From contig CAZVHB010000001.1 in assembly GCA_964626965.1 (NCBI GenBank), positions 1,818 through 65,817 of the forward strand: a stretch of DNA of 64,000 bases, read 5' to 3'. The notes beneath the pieces are model-generated. The model saw only the letters and a list, made by a program, of their open reading frames with translations. It did no database searches and was not told where the DNA came from. The stretch comes from an uncultured Candidatus Saccharibacteria bacterium (lineage in GTDB: Bacteria; Patescibacteriota; Minisyncoccia; Phycocordibacterales; UBA9973). Shown here piece after piece: positions 36,142 to 45,437 of the stretch (positions within the stretch are counted from its first letter, which is position 1; each line of letters opens with the position of its first letter). A program made the translations under genes and the position numbers.

Positions 36142-37194
36142 TTATTTTTTACCTAAATTTCGCAAATGTCGAAAGTGGCTTTTGAGTGCATACCAAAATG
36201 TAACTTCTGTGTATGGTAAATCAAACTCCGTGCATCTATCTACAACAATTTTCTGCATGTCTGGATAATGTGTGTGACTTACTTTAGGGAATAAGTGATG
36301 AACTGTTTGGAAATTAAGTCCACCGAGTAACCATGTCAGGAGTGTGCTATCTGTTCCAAAATCCATCGTTTCAAATACTTGCTGTTCTGCCCAAGATGTT
36401 GGCATTTTTCTATCTCTACTTTCTGTAAAATGTGCATGTTCGTGTATATGTGCAAGTTGGAATATAACACTAATAATAATCCCAACAGTCATAAAGTACA
36501 CAAGCCAGCCGATGATAAACATCCAACCGAATACAACATAAGGGATGATTACAAAAAATGTGATGTGTAGTATTTTTGTGATCCAAAAAATCCATTTGTC
36601 GTTTGTACCCATGTTTATTTTTTTTCCATGAATTTCTTTTTTAAAATACTTTTCATAGTCGTTAAAATAAATCCACTGTATCGCTAGAAATGAGTAGAGA
36701 GGTACTGCGTAGAGATGTTGGTATTTATGATACCATCTCCATTCTTGGTTTGGACTCATGCGAAGTAACCCACCTGTATCAATATCGTCATCATGCTCTG
36801 TGTTTACAAAAGTATGATGTAGTACAACATGTTTTGTCTTCCACATAAAATCACTGCCACCAACGAGGTTCAGTGTTCTTCCGAGCCAGGTATTAACCCA
36901 TCCTTTCTTGGAGTATGCACCATGAGACGCATCGTGCATGATGTTGAAGTTTACTAACGAAGAGAGTACTCCTAACACACAACATAAAAAGAGAAGTGTT
37001 TGAGGGGAGAAATTGTAGATGAAAATAGAGATGTAGCAGAGTGTCCATAGTGTAAAAAGCATAATACTTTTTACGTAGAGTCGAAAGTCAGCATACGGCG
37101 ATATCTGCCGTTTTTTAAAATAGGTATCTTTTGCATCTTTTAAAGATGTTAAAAATGGCCCGTCCGGGGCGTATTTTAGTGTGGCTATTTCCAT
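36142..37194 (-). CDS. Membrane fatty-acid desaturase family protein
   Basis: Three His boxes: HDASHGA, HVVLHH and QTVHHLFP. Four TM helices. Confidence 0.8.
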   Translation of the reverse strand: MEIATLKYAPDGPFLTSLKDAKDTYFKKRQISPYADFRLYVKSIMLFTLWTLCYISIFIYNFSPQTLLFLCCVLGVLSSLVNFNIMHDASHGAYSKKGWVNTWLGRTLNLVGGSDFMWKTKHVVLHHTFVNTEHDDDIDTGGLLRMSPNQEWRWYHKYQHLYAVPLYSFLAIQWIYFNDYEKYFKKEIHGKKINMGTNDKWIFWITKILHITFFVIIPYVVFGWMFIIGWLVYFMTVGIIISVIFQLAHIHEHAHFTESRDRKMPTSWAEQQVFETMDFGTDSTLLTWLLGGLNFQTVHHLFPKVSHTHYPDMQKIVVDRCTEFDLPYTEVTFWYALKSHFRHLRNLGKK

Positions 37195-37270
37195 GAGTAT
37201 ATATTTTTAAGTGAACAATTTTATTTATTCCAAGTATACCATCTCAGGATTGAAGTGATATAATGGGTGT

Positions 37271-38152
37271 ATGCAGAATAATATACAAAATAACCTCCAG
37301 ATTCAGCAGTCAAAAAATATCCGCCGGACGTGGACACTTATCGGTTTTGTTGGGTTTCTTATTATCGGTCTTGGTTGGCTTTTTTCATACAAAACAGGGA
37401 ACCCATCTATGGTGACCTATTTCGCAGTCGGTGCAATCGTGCTTAATCTTATTTCATATTGGTTCTCTGATAAAATCGCACTGTCTATGAATGGCGCAAA
37501 AGAAGCAAATCCTACTGACTTTCCAAAATTACATGAGATAGTCGAACGTGTTGCACAAAAAACAGGCCTACCAAAACCTCGTGTATACGTGATACAAGAC
37601 AGTGCACCGAACGCCTTTGCGACAGGAAGAAATAAAGAAAATGCTGCTATTGCGTGTACTACTGGGATTCTTGCACTTCTTTCTGATGAAGAGCTCGAAG
37701 GAGTGCTCTGTCATGAATTTGCTCATATTCAAAATAGAGATATTTTGATCAATACGATTGTTGTTGTACTTGTTGGATTACTCTCTATTATCGCTCAAAT
37801 GTTTATGTTCTCGGGGCAGTCACGTGATCGGGATAATAACTCTGGACTTCTTGTGATGCTCGGTTTTCTCTTTGCGTTTCTTTCTCCTATTATCGGGCAA
37901 CTCATTCAGCTTGCAATATCACGCAAGCGTGAATTTCTCGCTGATGCAACAGGCGCGCTGACTCACGGACATCCGGAACATCTCGCCCGAGCGCTTGAGA
38001 AAATTTCAGGTTCTGCACAGCCGATGGTACATGCAAACACTGCAACAGCACATATGTTTATTGCAAATCCATTTGGAAACATCGGTGCACTCTTTGCTAC
38101 TCATCCTCCAGTAAAAGAGAGAGTCAGGGCACTTTTGGGTAATACAAAATAA
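37271..38152 (+). CDS. htpX: M48-family zinc metalloprotease HtpX
   Basis: HEFAHIQNRD (HExxH); TM helices. TATAAT-N6-ATG. Confidence 0.85.
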   Translation: MQNNIQNNLQIQQSKNIRRTWTLIGFVGFLIIGLGWLFSYKTGNPSMVTYFAVGAIVLNLISYWFSDKIALSMNGAKEANPTDFPKLHEIVERVAQKTGLPKPRVYVIQDSAPNAFATGRNKENAAIACTTGILALLSDEELEGVLCHEFAHIQNRDILINTIVVVLVGLLSIIAQMFMFSGQSRDRDNNSGLLVMLGFLFAFLSPIIGQLIQLAISRKREFLADATGALTHGHPEHLARALEKISGSAQPMVHANTATAHMFIANPFGNIGALFATHPPVKERVRALLGNTK

Positions 38153-38153
38153 T

Positions 38154-38618
38154 ATGAACTACTGGTTAATGAAAAGTGAAGGTTCGTGTTACAGTATTGA
38201 CGACCTGAAAAAAGATAAAAAAGTTGCATGGGAAGGCGTACGAAATTTTCAAGCACGAAATTTTATGATGAAAGATATGAAAAAAGGGGACACTGTTTTC
38301 TTTTATCATTCAAATGGGAAGGGGGAGAGTCCTACTGGAATTTATGGCTTGGCAAAAGTTACGAGTTCTGCACATCCAGATGAAAGTCAGTTTAACCCAA
38401 AAGACGAACACTATGACCCAAAGAGTAAAAAACAAAATCCTACATGGTACTGTGTAGATGTTTCTTTTGTAAAAAAGTTTAAAGAACCAATTGCATTGTC
38501 GTATGTAAAAATCGATCCACATCTTGTCGGTATTATGGTTGCCCAAGGTGGATCACGACTTTCAATTCAACCTGTATCAGAAAAACATGGGAAGTACTTA
38601 TTAGAAATTAGTAATTAA
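38154..38618 (+). CDS. EVE (PUA-like, DUF55) domain protein
   Basis: YWLMKSE......W.GVRN.QARNFM..MK.GD.VFFYHS. Confidence 0.75.
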   Translation: MNYWLMKSEGSCYSIDDLKKDKKVAWEGVRNFQARNFMMKDMKKGDTVFFYHSNGKGESPTGIYGLAKVTSSAHPDESQFNPKDEHYDPKSKKQNPTWYCVDVSFVKKFKEPIALSYVKIDPHLVGIMVAQGGSRLSIQPVSEKHGKYLLEISN

Positions 38619-38637
38619 ATATTTTTTATTTTCTGAT

Positions 38638-39192
38638 ATGTATGAAATTATCCACACAAAAGCAATTGTACTTCTCGATCGAGTAGAAAAAGAGTACAAT
38701 AAAATATTTTTTTTGTTTACCGAAGAACTCGGGCTTGTTTCGGTGCATGCAGTTTCTATTTTGAAACCAGGGGCGAAACTTGTTTCTATGTTGCAACCAC
38801 ATAGTATTATTTCTTGTGATATTGTCGTCGGGAAACACTCAAAGAGAATTACGACGATTGTTGAGAAACATCCATACGAGCATATTTTTTTAAATACACA
38901 CAAGAAAAATAGTTTTCTCTCTATTTTTAATTTTATTATTGCGATGGTTCCGCGAAATATTCCAGTGAAAGACGTGTACGCGCTCTTTTCTGATTTTATT
39001 TATACGCTTGAAACTGACACTCACACAGAGGAAAGCGTACAACAACTCGAAGTTCGTACACTCTATAAAATATTGGCTTCACTTGGGTATATCGACACAG
39101 AGTACCATTATATGTTTGATACAATTGAGACAGATGATTATCCAAAAATGTACGATACGGTAAATAAGGTATTGAAAGAAATACATACATAG
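38638..39192 (+). CDS. Possible DNA repair protein RecO (short form)
   Basis: N-terminal OB-like AIVLLDRVEKEYNKIFFLFTEELGLVSVHA... and C-terminal LEVRTLYKILASLGY. This rests on weak similarity only. Confidence 0.35.
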   Translation: MYEIIHTKAIVLLDRVEKEYNKIFFLFTEELGLVSVHAVSILKPGAKLVSMLQPHSIISCDIVVGKHSKRITTIVEKHPYEHIFLNTHKKNSFLSIFNFIIAMVPRNIPVKDVYALFSDFIYTLETDTHTEESVQQLEVRTLYKILASLGYIDTEYHYMFDTIETDDYPKMYDTVNKVLKEIHT

Positions 39193-39239
39193 GGGATTAG
39201 TAAGTAGTAAGTAGTAAATAGGACTACCGTGAACATAAT

Positions 39240-39317
39240 ACAGTAGGGCGCCTATGGCGCCCTACTGTATTTCTATAACCTGTAACCTTTCACCTGTACC
39301 CTAGTTCGTGCTATAGT
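39240..39317 (+). promoter_or_regulatory. Terminator-promoter cassette 1: GC-clamp hairpin, then 4 tandem heptads (ataacct gtaacct ttcacct gtaccct), 9 bp, TATAGT
   Basis: acagtagggcgcc-tat-ggcgccctactgt; heptads 39275-39302; TATAGT 39312-39317; ATG at 39330. Confidence 0.6.
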
Positions 39318-39329
39318 GTATGTACTATT

Positions 39330-41282
39330 ATGGATAATAAATATATGCCAAAAAGTTCCAAATTTCAGAATTTAGAGGATTCTTTGTACGATCCAACCGA
39401 TGACAGTATCCGCACTCGAAGCGGATCTCTACATCCCTCACAAGTTTCTGTTGAACAAAGTTGGTCAAAAGTTGATCAAGCTGAAGACTCACAAGGGCAA
39501 GCTGCAGAAAAAGCATTGATTGAAAACAGGGACGCGCTTTCCAGAAAGAAAAACTCTTTTTTTAAGAAGTTTTTTGTCTCATCACTCCTTTTTCTGTTTG
39601 TCGCTGTTGGTTTTGGTGTGTATTCTTTTTTTATAAAAAATACGATCAATCCAGAGGGGAATATCACTATCGGTATCGTTGGAAGTACTTTTACTCAAGC
39701 TGGAGAAGAATTACCTTTGATTGTTGAAATAGAAAATAAAAATGATTTTGCACTCGAAGTAGTTGATCTGATTGTTGAATATCCTCGTGAAGGAGCGATA
39801 CCGACTGCATCTCTTGAAACGACCGACAGAGAGCGGATATCTCTTGGTACTATTGATGCGCATCAACACATGTTGAAAGAAGTTCCACTCACACTCTACG
39901 GTAAAGAAGGTGATAAAAAGGAGATTCATTTTACACTTGAATACAATATCGAAAGTGCTTCAACAATTTTTCAAAAACAAAAAATATATTCAGTAACACT
40001 CTCTTCTTCTCCGATTGCGATGCGTGTTATTGGTTCTGATATCGCTGTGCCTGATCAGAGTTACCGGTTCACGGTTGAGGTAAGTACTAACACTAAGAAA
40101 CCTCTTGAAAATATTCTTCTTGCATTAAATTATCCTATTGGATTTACCTATACGAGCGCGAGTATTGAACCAAGCTCAGGTAACTATTTGTGGGATATTG
40201 GTACCCTTGTACCAGGAGCCCCAAAGACTATAGAAATTATAGGAAAATTTTCAGGCCTTGAAGGAGACGAAAGATCTGTTCGTGCTATTTTTGGTACGTA
40301 TCTTCCTGATGATAAGACAAAAATCAGTACAAATCTTGGAACTCTCTTGCAAACCGTAAAATTAGAGAAACCTTTCATATCAACAGATCTTGCTATTAAT
40401 GGAGTGAATGGTGAATTTGTAAATATCAACAGTGGTGAACAAATTCAAGGAGTGATTAATTGGAAAAATAACCTAACTAACCAAGTGCTCGATCTTGAGA
40501 TTCGTCTGAAGCTCAAAGGTGACTTACTTGATCGAACAAGTATTGAAGCACAGGATGGCTTTTATGATTCACTCAATGATACGATTGTGTGGAATAAAAA
40601 TACAATTAATTCTTTTGTTCGAGTTCCGGCTGGTGCAAATGGAGCACTTAACTTTACTATTCGCACACTCCCTGCAAAAACAGATGGAAGTATGAAAAAT
40701 CCTCGTATTGAAGTTGAGGTTGGTGTTAAAGCAATTGAAGATAGTGAAGGTAAAACTCCAAAAATTATTGAATCTGTTGAACAGACAACAGTACGTGTTG
40801 GTGGTGATGTGTTTTTGACTCCAGTTGTCTATCATCGTACTGGTCCTATTACAAACGTCGGTGCGTATCCTCCAAAAGTAAACACAGAGACGACCTATAC
40901 TGTTGAACTTAATATTAAGAATACTATTAATGATTACAGTGGTGGAGAAGTTCGTGCAAAATTCTTCCAAAATGTAACATTCACCAATGTTATTGCACCT
41001 GCAACCGAGCAAATTTCATACGACGAGAAAACAGGTGAGCTTGTTTGGAAAGTCGGTGCTATCCCTCAATCAAGTGGTATCGCACGTACTGTCGCATTTC
41101 AATTAAAGACGATTCCTTCACTTTCTCAAGTTGGACAGTTTGTACCTCTCCTTAAGGAAATGACTTTTGTCTCGACTGATCAATTTACTAAAACTCAAAA
41201 ATCTCAGAGTATTGATACGATTACCTCTGAAGTGAGTCGAGTGATTGAGCTCGATGGAGGGAATGCTGTCGTAGTTAAATAA
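39330..41282 (+). CDS. Large membrane-anchored protein (cytoplasmic N-terminus, 1 TM helix, extracellular DUF11-like repeat domains)
   Basis: TM helix FFVSSLLFLFVAVGFGVYSFFI; several blocks matching the conserved repeat domain (DUF11) pattern ...GxxVxYTVxVxN.... Confidence 0.6.
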   Translation: MDNKYMPKSSKFQNLEDSLYDPTDDSIRTRSGSLHPSQVSVEQSWSKVDQAEDSQGQAAEKALIENRDALSRKKNSFFKKFFVSSLLFLFVAVGFGVYSFFIKNTINPEGNITIGIVGSTFTQAGEELPLIVEIENKNDFALEVVDLIVEYPREGAIPTASLETTDRERISLGTIDAHQHMLKEVPLTLYGKEGDKKEIHFTLEYNIESASTIFQKQKIYSVTLSSSPIAMRVIGSDIAVPDQSYRFTVEVSTNTKKPLENILLALNYPIGFTYTSASIEPSSGNYLWDIGTLVPGAPKTIEIIGKFSGLEGDERSVRAIFGTYLPDDKTKISTNLGTLLQTVKLEKPFISTDLAINGVNGEFVNINSGEQIQGVINWKNNLTNQVLDLEIRLKLKGDLLDRTSIEAQDGFYDSLNDTIVWNKNTINSFVRVPAGANGALNFTIRTLPAKTDGSMKNPRIEVEVGVKAIEDSEGKTPKIIESVEQTTVRVGGDVFLTPVVYHRTGPITNVGAYPPKVNTETTYTVELNIKNTINDYSGGEVRAKFFQNVTFTNVIAPATEQISYDEKTGELVWKVGAIPQSSGIARTVAFQLKTIPSLSQVGQFVPLLKEMTFVSTDQFTKTQKSQSIDTITSEVSRVIELDGGNAVVVK

Positions 41283-41300
41283 CATAAAATACATAACGAT

Positions 41301-42650
41301 ATGTCAAAAGAAAATAAAGAAATAGATAATACAATGGAAAAGATAATCTCACTTTGCAAAAGACGTGGGTTTATTTACCCAGGGTCTGAAATATACGGTG
41401 GACTTGCTGGGACATATGACTACGGACCAAATGGTGTAGCGCTCAAAAATAATATCAAAAAAATTTGGTGGAAACGTTTTGTTGAAGATCGTGATGATAT
41501 GTACGGCATAGACGCAGCTATTTTGATGAACCAATCAGTATGGATTGCATCAGGGCACGTTGGTGGATTTTCTGATCCACTTTCTGAATGTTCAAAGTGT
41601 AAACATCGTTTTCGAACAGATCAATTGAGTGATGAATCTGTCTGTCCTGACTGTGGTGGAGCCTTAGCTTCTTCAAAACAATTCAATATGATGTTTCAAA
41701 CGAATGTCGGTGCAGTACAAGACGAAACTTCTGTTTCATACCTTCGCCCAGAAACAGCAGGTGGTATGTTTGTAAATTTTAAAAATGTCCTTGATACGTT
41801 TTCACCAAAACTACCTTTTGGATTAGCGCAGATTGGTAAAGCATTTAGAAATGAAATTGCTCCTCGTGACTTTATTTTTCGCGTTCGAGAATTTGAACAA
41901 ATGGAAATTGAGTATTTTGTAAAGTCAGAAGACTGGGAAAAATCTTTTGAAGAATTGCGCCTTGAGATGCACTCGTTTATGAATGATGTTGGTATTGATA
42001 AAACTCTTGTTTCAGAGCTTGCTGTATCAGAAGAAGACCGTGCATTTTATTCAAAAAAGACAACCGATTTTGAATTTGAATATCCTTTTGGGAAAAAGGA
42101 ACTCTATGGGCTTGCGTACAGAACTGACTATGATTTGAATGCTCATCAAGCTGGTTCAAAAAAAGACCTCACCTATTTTGATGAAGAAACACGAGAGCGA
42201 TTTTTACCACATGTTGTGGAACCCTCTTTTGGTCTAGATCGAACAATTCTTGCAGTGCTCTGTAGTGCATACAAAGAAGAGAAAATAAGTGACGATGATA
42301 CTCGTGTGTATCTTGATTTGCCATTTACTGTTGCACCATATAAAGTGTGTGTGTCACCACTATTGAAAAATAAAGAAGAATTACAGAGTAAAGCACGAGA
42401 AGTGTATGCAATTCTTAAAAAAGAATTCGGCTTCGTCATCTATGATGATGGTGGAAATATTGGAAAACGCTATCGTAAACAAGACGAAATTGGGACACCA
42501 TACTGTGTTGTGATTGATTTTGATACCATTGGCACAGGGGACAGTATCAATCCGGACTTCAAAGACATGGTGACTGTCCGTGATCGAAACACAGGAGAGC
42601 AAGAACGAGTCTCAACTGAAAAACTCGTAGAATACATAAAAAATAAATAA
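41301..42650 (+). CDS. glyQS: Glycine--tRNA ligase (dimeric class II, GlyQS type)
   Basis: RRGFIYPGSEIYGGLAGTYDYGP; class II motifs; anticodon-binding C-terminus. Confidence 0.9.
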   Translation: MSKENKEIDNTMEKIISLCKRRGFIYPGSEIYGGLAGTYDYGPNGVALKNNIKKIWWKRFVEDRDDMYGIDAAILMNQSVWIASGHVGGFSDPLSECSKCKHRFRTDQLSDESVCPDCGGALASSKQFNMMFQTNVGAVQDETSVSYLRPETAGGMFVNFKNVLDTFSPKLPFGLAQIGKAFRNEIAPRDFIFRVREFEQMEIEYFVKSEDWEKSFEELRLEMHSFMNDVGIDKTLVSELAVSEEDRAFYSKKTTDFEFEYPFGKKELYGLAYRTDYDLNAHQAGSKKDLTYFDEETRERFLPHVVEPSFGLDRTILAVLCSAYKEEKISDDDTRVYLDLPFTVAPYKVCVSPLLKNKEELQSKAREVYAILKKEFGFVIYDDGGNIGKRYRKQDEIGTPYCVVIDFDTIGTGDSINPDFKDMVTVRDRNTGEQERVSTEKLVEYIKNK

Positions 42651-42681
42651 CAAAATCCTGCGAGAGCAGGATTTTGTTTTA
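42649..42681 (+). terminator. Rho-independent terminator
   Basis: aacaaaatcctgc-gaga-gcaggattttgtttt. Confidence 0.8.
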
Positions 42682-42724
42682 TATGGTATATATAATCTAT
42701 TAACTAGTAACTACGAATTAACTC

Positions 42725-43993
42725 ATGAAATACACTCAAAAAAAACTACCCAACGGTATTCGCGTCATTTTTCACCCAATGCAAAATACTGAAACCGTAA
42801 CAGTTATGACACTTGTTGAAACTGGTTCAAAATACGAGACAAGAAAACAAAATGGACTCTCTCATTTTCTTGAGCATATGTGTTTCAAGGGGACAACAAA
42901 GCGTCCAAGTAGCTTTCTTATCTCAAAAGAACTCGATGAAATAGGTGCTCAGTACAATGCTTTTACCTCACACGAATATACTGGCTACTACGCAAAATCC
43001 GCATCAAATCACTTTGAACGTATTTTTGATGTCGTTTCTGATATTTACCTCAATCCACTTTTTAAGCAAGAAGAAATAGATAAAGAAAAAGGAGTGATCA
43101 TTGAAGAAATAAATATGTATCAGGATGACCCTAAGCGACACGTCTTTGAAGTTTTTATGCGGGCACTGTATGGTGATCAGCCAGCTGGGTGGTCTATCAC
43201 TGGAAGTAAAGAAAATGTGAGTAGTATGAAACATCGTGACTTTGTGCAGTATCACGATACACACTATATTCCTGAAAAGACATTACTGGTTATTAGTGGT
43301 AACTTTGATACAAAACATGCGGACATGCTTATCAAAAAAACCTTCACTAGTCTCAAGAATAAGAAGGGGATTCAAAAAAAGAATACTAAAGATAGCCAAA
43401 CAAAACCTGTTGTTATGATTGAAAAGAAAAAAACTGATCAAGTTCACTTCGTGCTTGGTTTTAGGAGTATCAATGTGTACGATGCGGACGCACATATTTT
43501 TGATGTTTTAAATGCAATTCTCTCTGGTGGTTTTTCTTCACGACTTCTGATGAAGCTCCGTGAAGAATTAGGTGCTGCATACTATGTCGGATCTTTTTCT
43601 GATCCATTTACTGATCATGGTTTTTTTGGAATACGCGCAGGTATTACAAAAACAAAAGTACCACTCGTGCTCACTGAAATTGCAAACCTATTGAAAGAAT
43701 TATCTGAAAAAGAAATTGATAACACAGAATTAAAGAAAGCGAAAGAGTATTGTATTGGTGGAATGAAACTTGATTTAGAGACCAGCGATTCGTATGCAAA
43801 TTTTTTAGGAGGGCAAGCAATCGTTCGAAAACCAATTGAGAGCTTGTCTGATATTGAGAAAAAAATAGCACGTGTGACGTCTAAAGGTATTCTGCGTATT
43901 TGTAAAAAAACATTTGTTTTTAAGAAAATGACTATTGCGCTCATAGGTCAAGATGTGAAAGAAAGTGAAGTTTTAAAAGCATTTTCCCTGTAA
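42725..43993 (+). CDS. M16-family (insulinase/pitrilysin-like) zinc peptidase
   Basis: Inverted zinc motif HFLEHMCFKGT (HxxEH). Confidence 0.85.
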   Translation: MKYTQKKLPNGIRVIFHPMQNTETVTVMTLVETGSKYETRKQNGLSHFLEHMCFKGTTKRPSSFLISKELDEIGAQYNAFTSHEYTGYYAKSASNHFERIFDVVSDIYLNPLFKQEEIDKEKGVIIEEINMYQDDPKRHVFEVFMRALYGDQPAGWSITGSKENVSSMKHRDFVQYHDTHYIPEKTLLVISGNFDTKHADMLIKKTFTSLKNKKGIQKKNTKDSQTKPVVMIEKKKTDQVHFVLGFRSINVYDADAHIFDVLNAILSGGFSSRLLMKLREELGAAYYVGSFSDPFTDHGFFGIRAGITKTKVPLVLTEIANLLKELSEKEIDNTELKKAKEYCIGGMKLDLETSDSYANFLGGQAIVRKPIESLSDIEKKIARVTSKGILRICKKTFVFKKMTIALIGQDVKESEVLKAFSL

Positions 43994-44050
43994 GTGTAAT
44001 AAATATCGCATATATTCGTTATATAGTGTATAGTAAAGAAGAAGAACGTT

Positions 44051-44128
44051 ACCACCAAGGTTCATGAGCGACTGCACTCACATAGGCATTTGTGTTGGAG
44101 TCTGCACCCGCTCATGAACCTTGGTGGT
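44051..44128 (+). terminator. Unusually long hairpin (perfect 20-bp stem, 38-nt loop) followed by a T-run; terminator and/or structured RNA
   Basis: accaccaaggttcatgagcg ... cgctcatgaaccttggtggt, then aattttttt. Confidence 0.6.
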
Positions 44129-44401
44129 AATTTTTTTATTTAGAATTTTTATTTTCTAAATAAAAATTTCTCAATAATAAAATATTTTAAAAAAATAAAT
44201 GTATAAAAATATTTTTTTGAAAAAAAACTTTTATAAAAAATAAAAAAAGTTTTCCACAGTTTTTATTTTTTTTTCAAAAAAACTATTTACTTTATTTTTG
44301 TATATACGATAATTAAATTATCAAGTACATTTAGTAGCATTAAAAATATTTTTGCGAAGGTCGGTGTACTTATTTATTACTAATTGCATGCAAACAATTA
44401 T

Positions 44402-44530
44402 ATGGCAGCTAAAAAAGCAAAAAAGAAAGTAGCTAAGAAAGCAGTTAAGAAAACTGTAAAAAAAGTAGCTAAGAAAGCAGTTAAGAAAACTGTAAAGAAA
44501 GCAACAAAGAAGGTAGCGAAGAAAAGATAG
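44402..44530 (+). CDS. 42-aa Lys/Ala-rich basic protein (histone H1-like / Hc-like nucleoid protein). It is not in the ORF track because it is shorter than 60 aa.
   Basis: MAAKKAKKKVAKKAVKKTVKKVAKKAVKKTVKKATKKVAKKR. It contains an internal 36-nt tandem duplication and has its own terminator. The 82-aa minus-strand ORF 44321-44569 is its antisense shadow. Confidence 0.6.
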   Translation: MAAKKAKKKVAKKAVKKTVKKVAKKAVKKTVKKATKKVAKKR

Positions 44531-44552
44531 TTCTTCTACATTCTTCCCACAA

Positions 44553-44587
44553 GCAAAATATCCTCGCAAGAGGATATTTTGCGTTTT
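44553..44587 (+). terminator. Rho-independent terminator
   Basis: caaaatatcctc-gcaa-gaggatattttg followed by cgtttt. Confidence 0.8.
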
Positions 44588-44704
44588 AGGCTGGGGTTGA
44601 GATTATAAAACATACCCGTTCAATAAACGGGTAGGGGAATCTTTTCAAATTTGACAAATCTCTTAATTTAAGTATTATTAGAATTAAATTAAAAAGATAA
44701 TATC

Positions 44705-45337
44705 ATGAAAAGATTAACCCTTGATTCAGTCCTACCTGTTATTTTGAAAGAGCGTAATATTGCTCCGCAACACCTAGCTTCTATCTTAAAAGATGTAGAA
44801 GCATCTTTTGTAAAACACAAAAAGAAAACAGATTTTTTAAAATACTCAGTTTCATGTGTTGCAAATAAATGTTTGAATACTTCACCACTTTTATCAGTAA
44901 AAAAATTTTTTACCGGAGGATATGATGAAAGCTTAGTGACGTTTTTTGCAGGACAGAAACTGAAACCACTTACGAGTGGTTACGGTGGAGTGTGTTTGTA
45001 CAAAATGAAGAAAGGTGTAAGTGGATCACCAAAAGAAGCGTTCTATTCGCTCGGTAAATCTCTCAGTTCTTTGCATCTCCCGCAAAACTTATTGGTGCAG
45101 ATTCTCACTCAAGATAAATTTCTTTCTTTACGACAGAAGATATTTACATCTGGAAAATCATTCCATTGTGTTATGACTAACCAAAATGGACACCACTTTA
45201 CTGAACAAGAACACTGTTATGCTGTGGTGACACTGACATCCAACGAAGACGGCCCACAGATATACATGAATGAATTTGGGTTCAGAACTTCCCTTAAAGG
45301 AGGTTCAAATAACCAAATTTTAGTCATGGAAAAATAA
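44705..45337 (+). CDS. Hypothetical protein
   Basis: ORF between two terminators. No recognisable domain. Confidence 0.5.
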   Translation: MKRLTLDSVLPVILKERNIAPQHLASILKDVEASFVKHKKKTDFLKYSVSCVANKCLNTSPLLSVKKFFTGGYDESLVTFFAGQKLKPLTSGYGGVCLYKMKKGVSGSPKEAFYSLGKSLSSLHLPQNLLVQILTQDKFLSLRQKIFTSGKSFHCVMTNQNGHHFTEQEHCYAVVTLTSNEDGPQIYMNEFGFRTSLKGGSNNQILVMEK

Positions 45338-45345
45338 TAGAAATA

Positions 45346-45380
45346 TACCAGAAGTATGTAAAACGTACTTCTGGTTTTTA
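45346..45380 (+). terminator. Rho-independent terminator
   Basis: accagaagtatg-taaaa-cgtacttctggt followed by ttttaattt. Confidence 0.8.
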
Positions 45381-45437
45381 ATTTCACTTTACTATTGAGA
45401 CATTAATTTTTACTTTATTTTATGCTATAATCGACCT

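Noticed and set aside
44130-44400. AT-rich tract as the chromosomal replication origin
   Set aside because: There is only one DnaA-box-like 9-mer (TTTTCCACA), and no dnaA, dnaN or gidA nearby. One perfect TTATCCACA inside the 38638 ORF is expected by chance in 64 kb. A curved-DNA or nucleoid-protein site is the more conservative reading.
44321-44569. 82-aa minus-strand ORF rich in FLSYF/CFL repeats
   Set aside because: It is the exact antisense of the AAG/AAA-rich Lys/Ala protein gene on the + strand (44402-44530), which has its own terminator. The repetitive Phe/Leu composition is what the reverse complement of a Lys-codon run produces.
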